Assembly (NCBI GenBank): GCA_964351315.1
Contig: CAYGNH010000011.1
Coordinates: forward strand, 50,251-114,250
Direction of reading: 5' to 3'
DNA: 64,000 bases
Source of the DNA: an uncultured Pseudobdellovibrionaceae bacterium
GTDB lineage: Bacteria; Bdellovibrionota; Bdellovibrionia; Bdellovibrionales; JAGQZY01
The notes below the pieces were generated by a model. The model ran no database searches. It was not told where the DNA came from and worked only from the letters and a program-made list of their open reading frames with translations. Positions 45,948 to 54,711 of the stretch are shown here, piece after piece; position 1 is the first letter of the stretch; each line of letters opens with the position of its first letter. The position numbers and the translations under genes are program-made.

Positions 45948-46223
45948 TTACATTTCATGTCCTTTGGCTTTCCCTTTGGCTTTACTTTTTTTGTGACCTT
46001 TTTTATGAGCTTTTTCTTTCTTTTTGGAGTTTTTTTCAGCCCGATGTTTTTCATTGTGGTGGGGTTTTTCCATTTCATCGCTGTCTTCATGACCCATGGC
46101 GGCTTCTTGATCAGCCATTTCCTCTGAGCTTTCAGCCATTTCCTCTTCGTGGTGGTCAGCAAAAGCGGAGTTAGAAAAAAATAATCCAAAAACTAAAAGA
46201 ACAGCAAAGACAGATTTTAACAT
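45948..46223 (-). CDS. secreted His/Glu/Lys-rich small protein (putative metal-binding)
   Basis: Signal peptide (FSNSAFA/DHHEEE). 12 His in about 70 mature residues, with an acidic then a basic half. AGGAG RBS. Confidence 0.65.
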   Translation of the reverse strand: MLKSVFAVLLVFGLFFSNSAFADHHEEEMAESSEEMADQEAAMGHEDSDEMEKPHHNEKHRAEKNSKKKEKAHKKGHKKSKAKGKAKGHEM

Positions 46224-46300
46224 AATATTTCTCCTGTACGCGCTAGCGCAAAAGTTAGATTGTAACTTTCAATTAGGACTTAGATTTTTAAGTCTGCCAA

Positions 46301-46840
46301 CTAAAATGAGGAGTTTGGTTCATTAAGAAACGCTTTTTCTTCCTCGGTCGACGTTCGACCGAGAATTTCATTTCGGTGAGGGTAGCGACCGAAGCGTTCG
46401 ATGATGGCTCGATGCTTTTTCTCAAAATCCAGGTTGTCTGGCTTGCCAAGCTCACCAAAAAGGATCAGTGCCTGGTCATGAACCTTTAAGCTTTCACTAT
46501 GCATAAAGGGCATAATTAAAAATAAGTGCTGGGTGTCAGAGAGTTGTTTGTGAAAACCCTGGGCCACGGCCTCTTGGGCCAAAGCCAGAGCCAAAGGGTC
46601 TTGTGCAAAAGATTCGGGCTGGTTGCGAAACATGTTTCGAGAAAACTGGTCGAGAACAAGAATTTCGGCCAAGCGCCCCTCGGGGGTTTTCCTCCAAGAA
46701 AACAGCGCCGACTGCTTCGCTTGTTGGTGAACTTCAAAAAAGCGGGACTTAATAGTCGCATCCAATGAGGGGTCTTTTATCCACCACTGGGAGGTCTCAA
46801 GTTCATCATACCAAAAATCAAGGATGTCTTTTGCCTGCAT
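46301..46840 (-). CDS. DUF924-family protein
   Basis: ILDFWY...W, LVLDQFSRNMFR, PFMHSE, ERFGRYPHRNEILGRTSTEEE. Confidence 0.8.
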   Translation of the reverse strand: MQAKDILDFWYDELETSQWWIKDPSLDATIKSRFFEVHQQAKQSALFSWRKTPEGRLAEILVLDQFSRNMFRNQPESFAQDPLALALAQEAVAQGFHKQLSDTQHLFLIMPFMHSESLKVHDQALILFGELGKPDNLDFEKKHRAIIERFGRYPHRNEILGRTSTEEEKAFLNEPNSSF

Positions 46841-46981
46841 GGCTCAAATTTAAAGGTCTTTGATCCCAGGCACAAGGTTCTGGGGGCCATCACCTAAGTT
46901 ATTGAAATCACGAAGTTCTCAGGCTGCTACAAAAGTTCATGAAATATTGAACAAACAAGGGATTTCACTTATACTGCAAAG

Positions 46982-47419
46982 ATGACTTTGTCCTACGTTT
47001 ATTTGTCTAACTTGGCCGTCAGCCTCTATCTCATGGGGTTGATTTGGACTATTCAAATGGTGCACTACCCAACTTTTCGTTTCGTGGATCGTGAACGGTT
47101 TCTTTCATTCTCGCATTTTCACCAACAGGGAATGACCTATATCGTAGGGCCCGTGATGATCATAGAACTTTTGCTGAGCCTCTCGATGTTTCTGCTGAAC
47201 AAGCAAGACCTGAAGTTACTAAGTCTGCTTTTGATTGTCCTTTTAACATGGGTGTTTACTTTTTATGTCAGTGTTCCACTTCACAATAAACTTTTACAGG
47301 GTTACGACGTGCCGACCATTGAAAAACTGATCGTCACCAATTGGCCTCGAACTTTTTTGTGGACCCTGAAAGTCGGCCTTATGTTTTTTTGGATAGGTTC
47401 CTATGCCAAAATACAATAA
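46982..47419 (+). CDS. small 4-TM membrane protein
   Basis: 145 aa and four hydrophobic segments. Overlaps the downstream photolyase-related gene by 17 nt. Confidence 0.6.
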   Translation: MTLSYVYLSNLAVSLYLMGLIWTIQMVHYPTFRFVDRERFLSFSHFHQQGMTYIVGPVMIIELLLSLSMFLLNKQDLKLLSLLLIVLLTWVFTFYVSVPLHNKLLQGYDVPTIEKLIVTNWPRTFLWTLKVGLMFFWIGSYAKIQ

Positions 47420-48914
47420 GTCAGATTCGTTTTTTTTGATTTTAGGTGATCAACTGTTTCCATTGGAACGAACGCCATTAAAAAAAGGCGATGACGTCTT
47501 AATGGTTGAAGATTATAGCCTTTGTTCTCATTACAAATATCACAAGAAAAAAATTCTTTTTTTCTTGATCGCTATGCGCGACTATCGAGATGCTCTTGTT
47601 AAAAAAGAGATTAAGGTTGAGTATCGAGATGGGAAGCATAAGCTCTTTAAAAATTCATTCTCATCAAAAATAGAAGACTACCTTCAGGCAAACCCAAATA
47701 TGACGAGTCTTCATACATATGAAATCTCTGACCATTTTTTTAAAAAGGAAGTTGAAAACTTGTGCAAGAAGCTAGAACTTCAATTGCATTTTCACCCAAA
47801 TCCAATGTTTGTGACGAGCCAGGCAGAGTTTAAATCGTATTTGCAAGAATGTAAAAAACCGATGATGGCCAATTTCTATTTAAAGCAAAGAAAGCGGTTG
47901 AGAATTCTTGTCGACAAACAGGGAAACGCCATGGGCGGTCGTTGGAGCTTCGATACAGAGAATCGAAAAAAGTACCCGAAGGGAGTTAGCTTCTCGGGAC
48001 TATTAAAAATAGAAAAATCAAAACATTTTAAGGATGTGGAAAAGTTGGTGCAAAAACATTTTACAAAACACCCAGGCCTAACCGACCACTTCTGGCTACC
48101 AACAAATCGAAAAGACTCGAAGGCTTGGTTGCAGCACTTCATCGATCAAAAATTTGAAAAATTTGGTCCCTACGAGGATGCGATCCACTCGGATGACACA
48201 TTTGGATTCCATTCGGCTCTATCACCAATGTTGAACAATGGTCTAATTCTTGTCGATGAGTTGGTTGAAGAATTGATCAATCAAGGGCAAAAGAAAGGCG
48301 TTCCTTTGGCATCCATTGAAGGCTATATCCGTCAGGTCATCGGTTGGCGTGAGTTTACCAAAGGTATCTATGACAATTACTCTGAGAAAATGAACAACGA
48401 AAACTTTTGGCGGCACCAAAGAAAACTAAAAAGCAACTGGTATGAAGGCGAAACAGGGGTTCTACCCCTAGATGACTCCATCCGTAAGGCTCAGAAATAT
48501 GGGTACACTCATCATATCGAGCGACTCATGATTCTTTCTAATATGATGCTTTTATGTGAAGTCCACCCGCACCAAGTCCATCGATGGTTTATGGAAATGT
48601 ATGTCGATAGCGCCGACTGGGTAATGGCTGCCAACGTCTACGGGATGGGGCAAATGAGTGAAGGGGGAATCTTCTCAACGAAACCTTATATCTGTGGTTC
48701 TAATTATATTTTAAAAATGAGTAACTACAATAAAGCTGACTGGTGTGAGATAGTCGACGGGCTCTACTGGCGTTTTATAGACAAGAATAAAAAGTTTTTC
48801 GCATCCAACCCACGTATGTCGATGATGGTGAAAATGTCCGAAAAATTGGATTCGAATCGAAAAAAGACAATATTTAAAAGAGCCGAAACGTTTATTGAAA
48901 AAGTGACACACTAA
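47403..48914 (+). CDS. cryptochrome/photolyase-related protein (COG3046 / PhrB-CryB-like)
   Basis: FLILGDQLF, YHKKKILFFLIAMRDY, GYTHHIERLMILSNMMLL, KPYICGSNYILKMSNY...LYWRF. Confidence 0.8.
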   Translation: MPKYNKSDSFFLILGDQLFPLERTPLKKGDDVLMVEDYSLCSHYKYHKKKILFFLIAMRDYRDALVKKEIKVEYRDGKHKLFKNSFSSKIEDYLQANPNMTSLHTYEISDHFFKKEVENLCKKLELQLHFHPNPMFVTSQAEFKSYLQECKKPMMANFYLKQRKRLRILVDKQGNAMGGRWSFDTENRKKYPKGVSFSGLLKIEKSKHFKDVEKLVQKHFTKHPGLTDHFWLPTNRKDSKAWLQHFIDQKFEKFGPYEDAIHSDDTFGFHSALSPMLNNGLILVDELVEELINQGQKKGVPLASIEGYIRQVIGWREFTKGIYDNYSEKMNNENFWRHQRKLKSNWYEGETGVLPLDDSIRKAQKYGYTHHIERLMILSNMMLLCEVHPHQVHRWFMEMYVDSADWVMAANVYGMGQMSEGGIFSTKPYICGSNYILKMSNYNKADWCEIVDGLYWRFIDKNKKFFASNPRMSMMVKMSEKLDSNRKKTIFKRAETFIEKVTH

Positions 48915-48928
48915 AAAGGATATTCAGA

Positions 48929-49711
48929 ATGGAAACGAAGGGTAAACATATTTTAATAACAGGCTCCAATCGAGGGATTGGTTTGGCGATGGCTAAAAGA
49001 GCTGCGCGCGAATCCATGCATGTTCATTTGCTGAACAGGTCTGAAAATGGGGATGTTCAAAAAGAGCTGGAATCCTTGGGGGCCCCATCTGTCCATCAAT
49101 GGAAAATTGATATGGGGTCACCAACAGAGATTGAGGCCTTTGCCGACCGATTTAAAGAATCAAAATTTGACTGCGATATTCTAATGAACAACGCAGGTCA
49201 GTTGACGGGAGGTTTGCTAGAAGAGCAGCCAATGCAATCTATTCAGTCAATGATCCAGGTGAACTTGATTGGGTTGATTCACCTGACCAAGGTGATGTTG
49301 CCCCAGATGTTGAAGCGGCCCCAGGCTAAAATTATTAACAACTCCTCGGTTTCGGGCCTTATGTATTTACCATGTGCTAGTACCTATGCTGCCAGCAAAG
49401 CGGGAGTGGTGGCTTTCACGGAGTCTATGCGAAATGAACTAGAGGGGACCTCTGTTTCGACTCTCTTAATGATCACCCCAGGGGTTAAAACACGTATGTA
49501 TGATGAAATTTCCGACCTATACGGTGGTCACTTGGACCTAAAATTTTTAAATTCGATACCGGCGGAACAATGGATCGACAAAGTTTTCGGAGCCGTTAAA
49601 GATGATCGAGCTGTTTGCTGGCCCTCAGGGCAAAGTTATTTTGGAGTCAAGCTGGGGCAACATTGGCCGGCAGTATTAGCCCGCTTTGTTAAGCCCTATT
49701 TTAAAAGGTGA
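48929..49711 (+). CDS. short-chain dehydrogenase/reductase
   Basis: ILITGSNRGIGLA, NNAG, YAASKAG. Confidence 0.88.
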   Translation: METKGKHILITGSNRGIGLAMAKRAARESMHVHLLNRSENGDVQKELESLGAPSVHQWKIDMGSPTEIEAFADRFKESKFDCDILMNNAGQLTGGLLEEQPMQSIQSMIQVNLIGLIHLTKVMLPQMLKRPQAKIINNSSVSGLMYLPCASTYAASKAGVVAFTESMRNELEGTSVSTLLMITPGVKTRMYDEISDLYGGHLDLKFLNSIPAEQWIDKVFGAVKDDRAVCWPSGQSYFGVKLGQHWPAVLARFVKPYFKR

Positions 49712-49715
49712 TGTT

Positions 49716-50198
49716 GTGCAAAGGCTGATGGCTTACATTTTTGTTTCTCCTCTCTACATGGCATGGCTCACTGTCTGTGTCGTGATGGCCATTATTGGGT
49801 TTCTGTTGCCAAGCAAAAGGGTTCAATTGGCGCAAAAAAAGGTGGAAGACAGCCAGACTGTTTGTAAGGTTTTAAACCAAAAAAATCTGATTTCTGAATC
49901 GGAATACCAATTTGAAACCGAAAAGGTGGCGGCGCATTACGATGAATTGACCTTTAAAGGATACCTTTTTGTATTAGGCCCTCTGATCTTTCTTTTGAAA
50001 AGCACAAGCCATTTTGATTCTTTTGTTTTGTTTCTTGTGAAAAGATGGATGGCGGTGCATCGGTTTTTGTTTTTCAATGAAGATAAGCCTAGAAGACTGT
50101 ATCTCTTTCTGACCCATTTTTGTGTGGGGATTGCCTTCCGTGTTGGTGTTTTATTGTTCAATCTTGGACGCATGAGCCAGTTGCGAGTGGAGTTGTGA
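49716..50198 (+). CDS. hypothetical membrane protein
   Basis: Hydrophobic segments. Start uncertain (GTG 49716 after AAAGGTGA, or ATG 49728). Confidence 0.5.
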   Translation: MQRLMAYIFVSPLYMAWLTVCVVMAIIGFLLPSKRVQLAQKKVEDSQTVCKVLNQKNLISESEYQFETEKVAAHYDELTFKGYLFVLGPLIFLLKSTSHFDSFVLFLVKRWMAVHRFLFFNEDKPRRLYLFLTHFCVGIAFRVGVLLFNLGRMSQLRVEL

Positions 50199-50204
50199 GG
50201 AAAA

Positions 50205-51500
50205 ATGGCTGATAAAGAAAATAGAATTCCAAAGTCCCGAAAAACCCACTTATTTAGAATGGCTGCAAAGATGGCGGTCCAGCAGGGGCAAAAATATTTA
50301 ACAAGCAATCCCGATTCTAAATTGGCTACCCTCATCGAACAAGCCGACACCTTGGTCAATCATGTGGGGCGCCTGAAGGGGGCGGCCATGAAGGCCGTAC
50401 AAACTATCTCAATTGAAGGCTACGATTTTTTGCCACCTGAAGTTGTTGAAGTTTTAGAGAGGCTCCAATCCCAGGCGCCACCGGTAGCCAGCCCTATTTT
50501 GATTGCAGAAATGAAGAGAGAGTTGGGTGATGAAAAATTTAACCAACTTAAAAAGCTTTCCGCCGAACCCATAGCTGCGGCCAGTATTGGCCAAGTTTAT
50601 GCGGCCGAATATCAAGGCGCCCCGGTTGTCATAAAGGTTCAATACCCGGGAGTGGCTGAAAGTGTAGATGATGACATAGACACTTTAAAAAAGCTGCTGA
50701 AAGCTCTTTTGGTTGTGAATCGTAAAAAAATCGATTTCGAAGAATTAATGGAGGAGGCTCGCCGAGTCTTAAAACTAGAAACAGACTACAAACACGAAGA
50801 AAAATCCCTATTACGCTACAAAAAACTTTTTGAAGGCAGCGAGTATATTATTCCTAATGTGTATAGTGAATTTACGACTCACAAAGTTCTGGTGATGTCT
50901 AGAGAGCCGGGGCTGGAGTATGGACAGTGGTTAAAAACCAATCCAAGTGTCGATAAAAAACAGAAAGTGGCCGATCAGCTTCTAAAGCTGTATATAAAAG
51001 AGTTCTTTGAGAATCAACTGGTGCAGACAGACCCAAACCCAGCTAATTTTTTGATCACCGAAGATGGGCGAATGGTTTTAATCGATTTTGGTGCCACCAT
51101 CGACTTCGATGTTCAGTTTGTTCAGGAATACCAGAGTCTGATCCGTAAAGTATTCAGTGGGAATCGAGATGAAATCTTGCAAAAAGTTTTTGATTTAAAA
51201 TTTTTAGACAGAAGAGAAGACAAAGAGGTGCAAGAACTTTTCGTTGATTTTATGCTCTTGTCTTTGCGGCCTTTTGAACTCGATCGACAACCTTTTGATT
51301 TTTCCGACAAAGAGTACAGTCAGTTGGTTCGCAGCGAGGCTCTTCGGTTTAGCCGAAAACTGAAGTTTTCAGCCCCGCCTAAAAAATTAATATTCTTACA
51401 CAGAAAATTAGGTGGGATATTTATGCTGCTGAAAAAAATGGATATGAAGGCTGACCTCTCTGAGTTTCGTAGAATAATTTTGCAAGAAAACTACTGCTGA
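50205..51500 (+). CDS. ABC1/UbiB-family atypical kinase
   Basis: EPIAAASIGQVY, VVIKVQYPG, HEEKSL, QTDPNPANFL, LIDFG. Confidence 0.88.
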   Translation: MADKENRIPKSRKTHLFRMAAKMAVQQGQKYLTSNPDSKLATLIEQADTLVNHVGRLKGAAMKAVQTISIEGYDFLPPEVVEVLERLQSQAPPVASPILIAEMKRELGDEKFNQLKKLSAEPIAAASIGQVYAAEYQGAPVVIKVQYPGVAESVDDDIDTLKKLLKALLVVNRKKIDFEELMEEARRVLKLETDYKHEEKSLLRYKKLFEGSEYIIPNVYSEFTTHKVLVMSREPGLEYGQWLKTNPSVDKKQKVADQLLKLYIKEFFENQLVQTDPNPANFLITEDGRMVLIDFGATIDFDVQFVQEYQSLIRKVFSGNRDEILQKVFDLKFLDRREDKEVQELFVDFMLLSLRPFELDRQPFDFSDKEYSQLVRSEALRFSRKLKFSAPPKKLIFLHRKLGGIFMLLKKMDMKADLSEFRRIILQENYC

Positions 51501-52474
51501 AGAGCAAGATCCAGTTGATTCAGAACTTTTTCTACTGAAAGATTCTTCATACAGTTGTGATGCCCAAGGGGGCAGACATTTCCTCCGTGAACGTGGCAGG
51601 GGCGACAGTCGAGATCTTCTTCGAGAACCCAAGAGCCTTTAAAACGAGGGTCAAAACCAAATTCTTTGGTGGTTGGACCAAACAGAGCAATAGTCGGAGT
51701 TTTGACAGCCACCCCCACGTGCATGGGGCCCGAATCTGTGGTGATCAAGGCTTGCCCGGAACCAATTATGGAAGCCATTTCTCGCAAAGTTGTTTTGCCA
51801 ACAAGATTTAATATCAGAACAGAGTTCGGGAGATTGAGATTATCATTTGAGTGTCCAACAATTACGACGGGTGTATTTCTTTCGATCAGTTTTTCAATAA
51901 GATCGGCAAAGTGAGGCCACTCTTTATTCTTTTGACTGGCAAAAGGGTGAATCACCACACTTTTAGAAAAGTTGAATTGCTTTTTATCAAAGGTCAGCGG
52001 CTGTGGAAGGAACAGCGGGCGTAGGTCCTCGACTTCTAAATCAGGAAGCTTTGGAAAGGCCTTTCTAATAGTTTGGTAATACTTCTCAACAACATGGTGA
52101 TTCAATTGGTCCATATACTTTCGTGATTTGACAAAAGCTCTTCGTTGTTTCGAGTGCTTTTGTATGTGAAAAAAATCGGCCTGTTGAAACCACATGAGGC
52201 AATACGATTTAAAGTTGCCCTGCAGATCGATAACAAAGTCGTATTTGGGCATTTTTCGATAAAGATTTAAAATGGAAGAGAGGGTGGAGCCCTTTTCAAG
52301 GACGATGGTTCGGTCGATATCAACGCTATTGATAAATAGCTCCTGTCCTATCTCTGATGTTAACAGGTCAACTTCAAGGGCGGGGTACGCAATACGCAGT
52401 TGTGCCAGAGGACCTGTTGTTAAGATGAGGTCACCCATGGAGCTAAAACGAATGATTAGGACGCGCTTCTTCAT
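51491..52474 (-). CDS. glycosyltransferase family 9 (LPS heptosyltransferase-like)
   Basis: IRFSSMGDLILTTGPL, ITTDSGPMHVG, C-terminal Cys cluster CRPCHVHGGNVCPLGHHNC. Confidence 0.85.
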   Translation of the reverse strand: MKKRVLIIRFSSMGDLILTTGPLAQLRIAYPALEVDLLTSEIGQELFINSVDIDRTIVLEKGSTLSSILNLYRKMPKYDFVIDLQGNFKSYCLMWFQQADFFHIQKHSKQRRAFVKSRKYMDQLNHHVVEKYYQTIRKAFPKLPDLEVEDLRPLFLPQPLTFDKKQFNFSKSVVIHPFASQKNKEWPHFADLIEKLIERNTPVVIVGHSNDNLNLPNSVLILNLVGKTTLREMASIIGSGQALITTDSGPMHVGVAVKTPTIALFGPTTKEFGFDPRFKGSWVLEEDLDCRPCHVHGGNVCPLGHHNCMKNLSVEKVLNQLDLALQQ

Positions 52475-52475
52475 A

Positions 52476-53210
52476 CTATTTTCTAAAAGATCGAATTTTT
52501 ATTTTAAATAAATCGAAAAGGGCGACAACAAAGGCTTTGGCTTTTACCTTTGATCCGCCAACATCAGTCCAAGCCAGCAAAGGCTCCTCAAAAAAGTCAT
52601 TCACAGTTAGTTTGCCTTTTTTCAGCATTCTTTGAATCAATTCGACATCAAAAAGCCAACTGGAGTCAAAAGGGCTGTCAATGCAACTGCGTAACAGTGG
52701 GAAATTAGCAATGAGCTTCATTCCACACTGGGTGTCGTAAACATTGAGCCGAAGCATTTGCGAGGCGACCAGGGCGAAACATCGTCCTAGCCAGTAGCGC
52801 CAACGCAAGCGATTGATATTGCGGCCTAATAAAAACACACGAGCTCCCAGTAAAACTTTACAGTTTTGTTTTTCGAACACTCGTAGCAATCGAAAAAGTT
52901 CGCTGAGCGGCGTCGCCAAGTCGGCATCGAAATATCCAGTCAAGGTCGCATTTTGGTCTAAGGCTTTCAGTAAACCCTGTCGCACGGCTTCGCCCTTTCC
53001 AGAGTTTTTTTCTAAACGATGCAAGGAAATTCGATCTGGAAATTGATTGACCATGGATTCAATGATAGTCGCTGTCCGATCTTTGGAGCCGTCATCGACA
53101 AAAAGCCAATGCAGCTGAGAGTTGTCCTCTAAACTTTGGGTGAAGGCCTGGGTATCCAGTCGGTCTTCCTCGTTGAAACAAGGAACAACGATCACTATTT
53201 TTCCACTCAC
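52476..53210 (-). CDS. glycosyltransferase family 2 (polyprenol-phosphate glycosyltransferase-like)
   Basis: VVPCFNEE, VDDGSKDRT, FDADLATP. 244 aa. Confidence 0.85.
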   Translation of the reverse strand: MSGKIVIVVPCFNEEDRLDTQAFTQSLEDNSQLHWLFVDDGSKDRTATIIESMVNQFPDRISLHRLEKNSGKGEAVRQGLLKALDQNATLTGYFDADLATPLSELFRLLRVFEKQNCKVLLGARVFLLGRNINRLRWRYWLGRCFALVASQMLRLNVYDTQCGMKLIANFPLLRSCIDSPFDSSWLFDVELIQRMLKKGKLTVNDFFEEPLLAWTDVGGSKVKAKAFVVALFDLFKIKIRSFRK

Positions 53211-53314
53211 TGCAGCTCCATGGTTACACTATGCGTATATCAGCAAGAAACAATTGTCATGCCCAGAAGAGCAAAGCGATGGACATCAAATAGAGGGGCG
53301 ACTAAGATGCCAGA

Positions 53315-54640
53315 ATGCTCAAATTAAAATGGATATTAAATGATAAACTATTGATATGTCTTGGTTTTATTCTGACCGCCTTATATGGTTACGGGCACTT
53401 TATTGACGGAGATGTGATTCAAATACTGTCCAAGGCCCATGTCTTTGTGACCCAAGGAAAGCTGATCCCCTATGGCAATGTTTCCTCCAGTGGGGCGAGT
53501 GGGAATATCCCTGGTGCTTTTTTAACCTTAAGCTCAGGTCTCCCGATGAAGCTTTGGTTTTCTCCGTGGTCAGCCCTCACTTTTTTGGCTGTCTTGCACT
53601 TTTTGGGATTCTTAATGTTTCGCAACGTCATGAAAAACTTTTTAAGCCCCTTGGCGGTGACCGCCGTAGTGATTTTGTTTTGGCTCAATCCTTGGCGTTT
53701 GAGCGAGGTCTTTCTTTGGAACCCCGGTTATATCTTTTTTGCCTCGACCGCCCACATGTGGTCGGCTTACCATTTGTCGAAAAAACCATCGTTCACTTTT
53801 AGTATTTTACATGGATTGAGCCTTTTTTTGGGTTTGCAGATTCACCCCTCTTTTATCATTTTATTTTTTATGACGATGATGCTGCTGTGGATGAAAGCTT
53901 TGAACCCCCACTGGCTAGGGACCCTTTCGGGGATTGTTGTTGGACTGCTCAGCTTAACCCCCTATTTTTTAGCGGGCCTGGAAGATCCCAGTATTTTCCC
54001 GCAACCGGGCAGTGGAGACGGCAAAGGCTTTCTCTTTTTTGGGCTGGTTTATGTTTACCCCTTACTGAAGGGCTTTTGGTATTGGATTCTGTTTGGCTCT
54101 AATATTTTTCAGACCCATGTCTTTCATCAGTTGGATTTTTCTTGGATGCAGGCTCCGAACCTAGAAAAGATTTACCAATTTATTTGGACGGTCCTCAAGT
54201 ACGGAGTGGGCGCTTTTGGGGTGATTGTTTCTTTTCGAGTGAACTATCAGTTTTGGAAAGCCAACAAAAATAAATTTAATGTCATGAAATACAAAATGCA
54301 CAGTCCGAAAGATTGGTTAAGCGTCTATACCATAACGGCTTTTGCAGCGGCCATGTTGGCCACGGCCATTTCGCCGACCTTGCCGATTTATTGGCACCTT
54401 CTTTATATATGGCCGATGGCACTGATTCCGCTTTTAATTAAAATGGATGAGTTCGGTCGAGAACCCAACAACAAAAAAACCTTAAAAAATTATATGGTTG
54501 TACTGGTGCTCTATTTCGCAACGACCAACGTGCTGGCTGGCTTGGGTTCAAAAAAGCACGATTTCCGTCAACCCTTCCACGATCTTTATTTCAAGGCTTG
54601 TTTGGAAGAATGCTCGATAGAGAATTTAGAAAACCAATAA
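53315..54640 (+). CDS. polytopic membrane protein, possibly a GT-C-fold glycosyltransferase
   Basis: At least 10 hydrophobic segments, aromatic-rich. An acidic DGD sits in the first loop. Divergent from the GT2 gene. The family call is speculative. Confidence 0.5.
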   Translation: MLKLKWILNDKLLICLGFILTALYGYGHFIDGDVIQILSKAHVFVTQGKLIPYGNVSSSGASGNIPGAFLTLSSGLPMKLWFSPWSALTFLAVLHFLGFLMFRNVMKNFLSPLAVTAVVILFWLNPWRLSEVFLWNPGYIFFASTAHMWSAYHLSKKPSFTFSILHGLSLFLGLQIHPSFIILFFMTMMLLWMKALNPHWLGTLSGIVVGLLSLTPYFLAGLEDPSIFPQPGSGDGKGFLFFGLVYVYPLLKGFWYWILFGSNIFQTHVFHQLDFSWMQAPNLEKIYQFIWTVLKYGVGAFGVIVSFRVNYQFWKANKNKFNVMKYKMHSPKDWLSVYTITAFAAAMLATAISPTLPIYWHLLYIWPMALIPLLIKMDEFGREPNNKKTLKNYMVVLVLYFATTNVLAGLGSKKHDFRQPFHDLYFKACLEECSIENLENQ

Positions 54641-54711
54641 CCAAGAATCCAAAAAGCATGATCCATTTTTTGACTTCTCTTATTGTTTGTAAAACAGAGA
54701 GGGCCTTTGGT

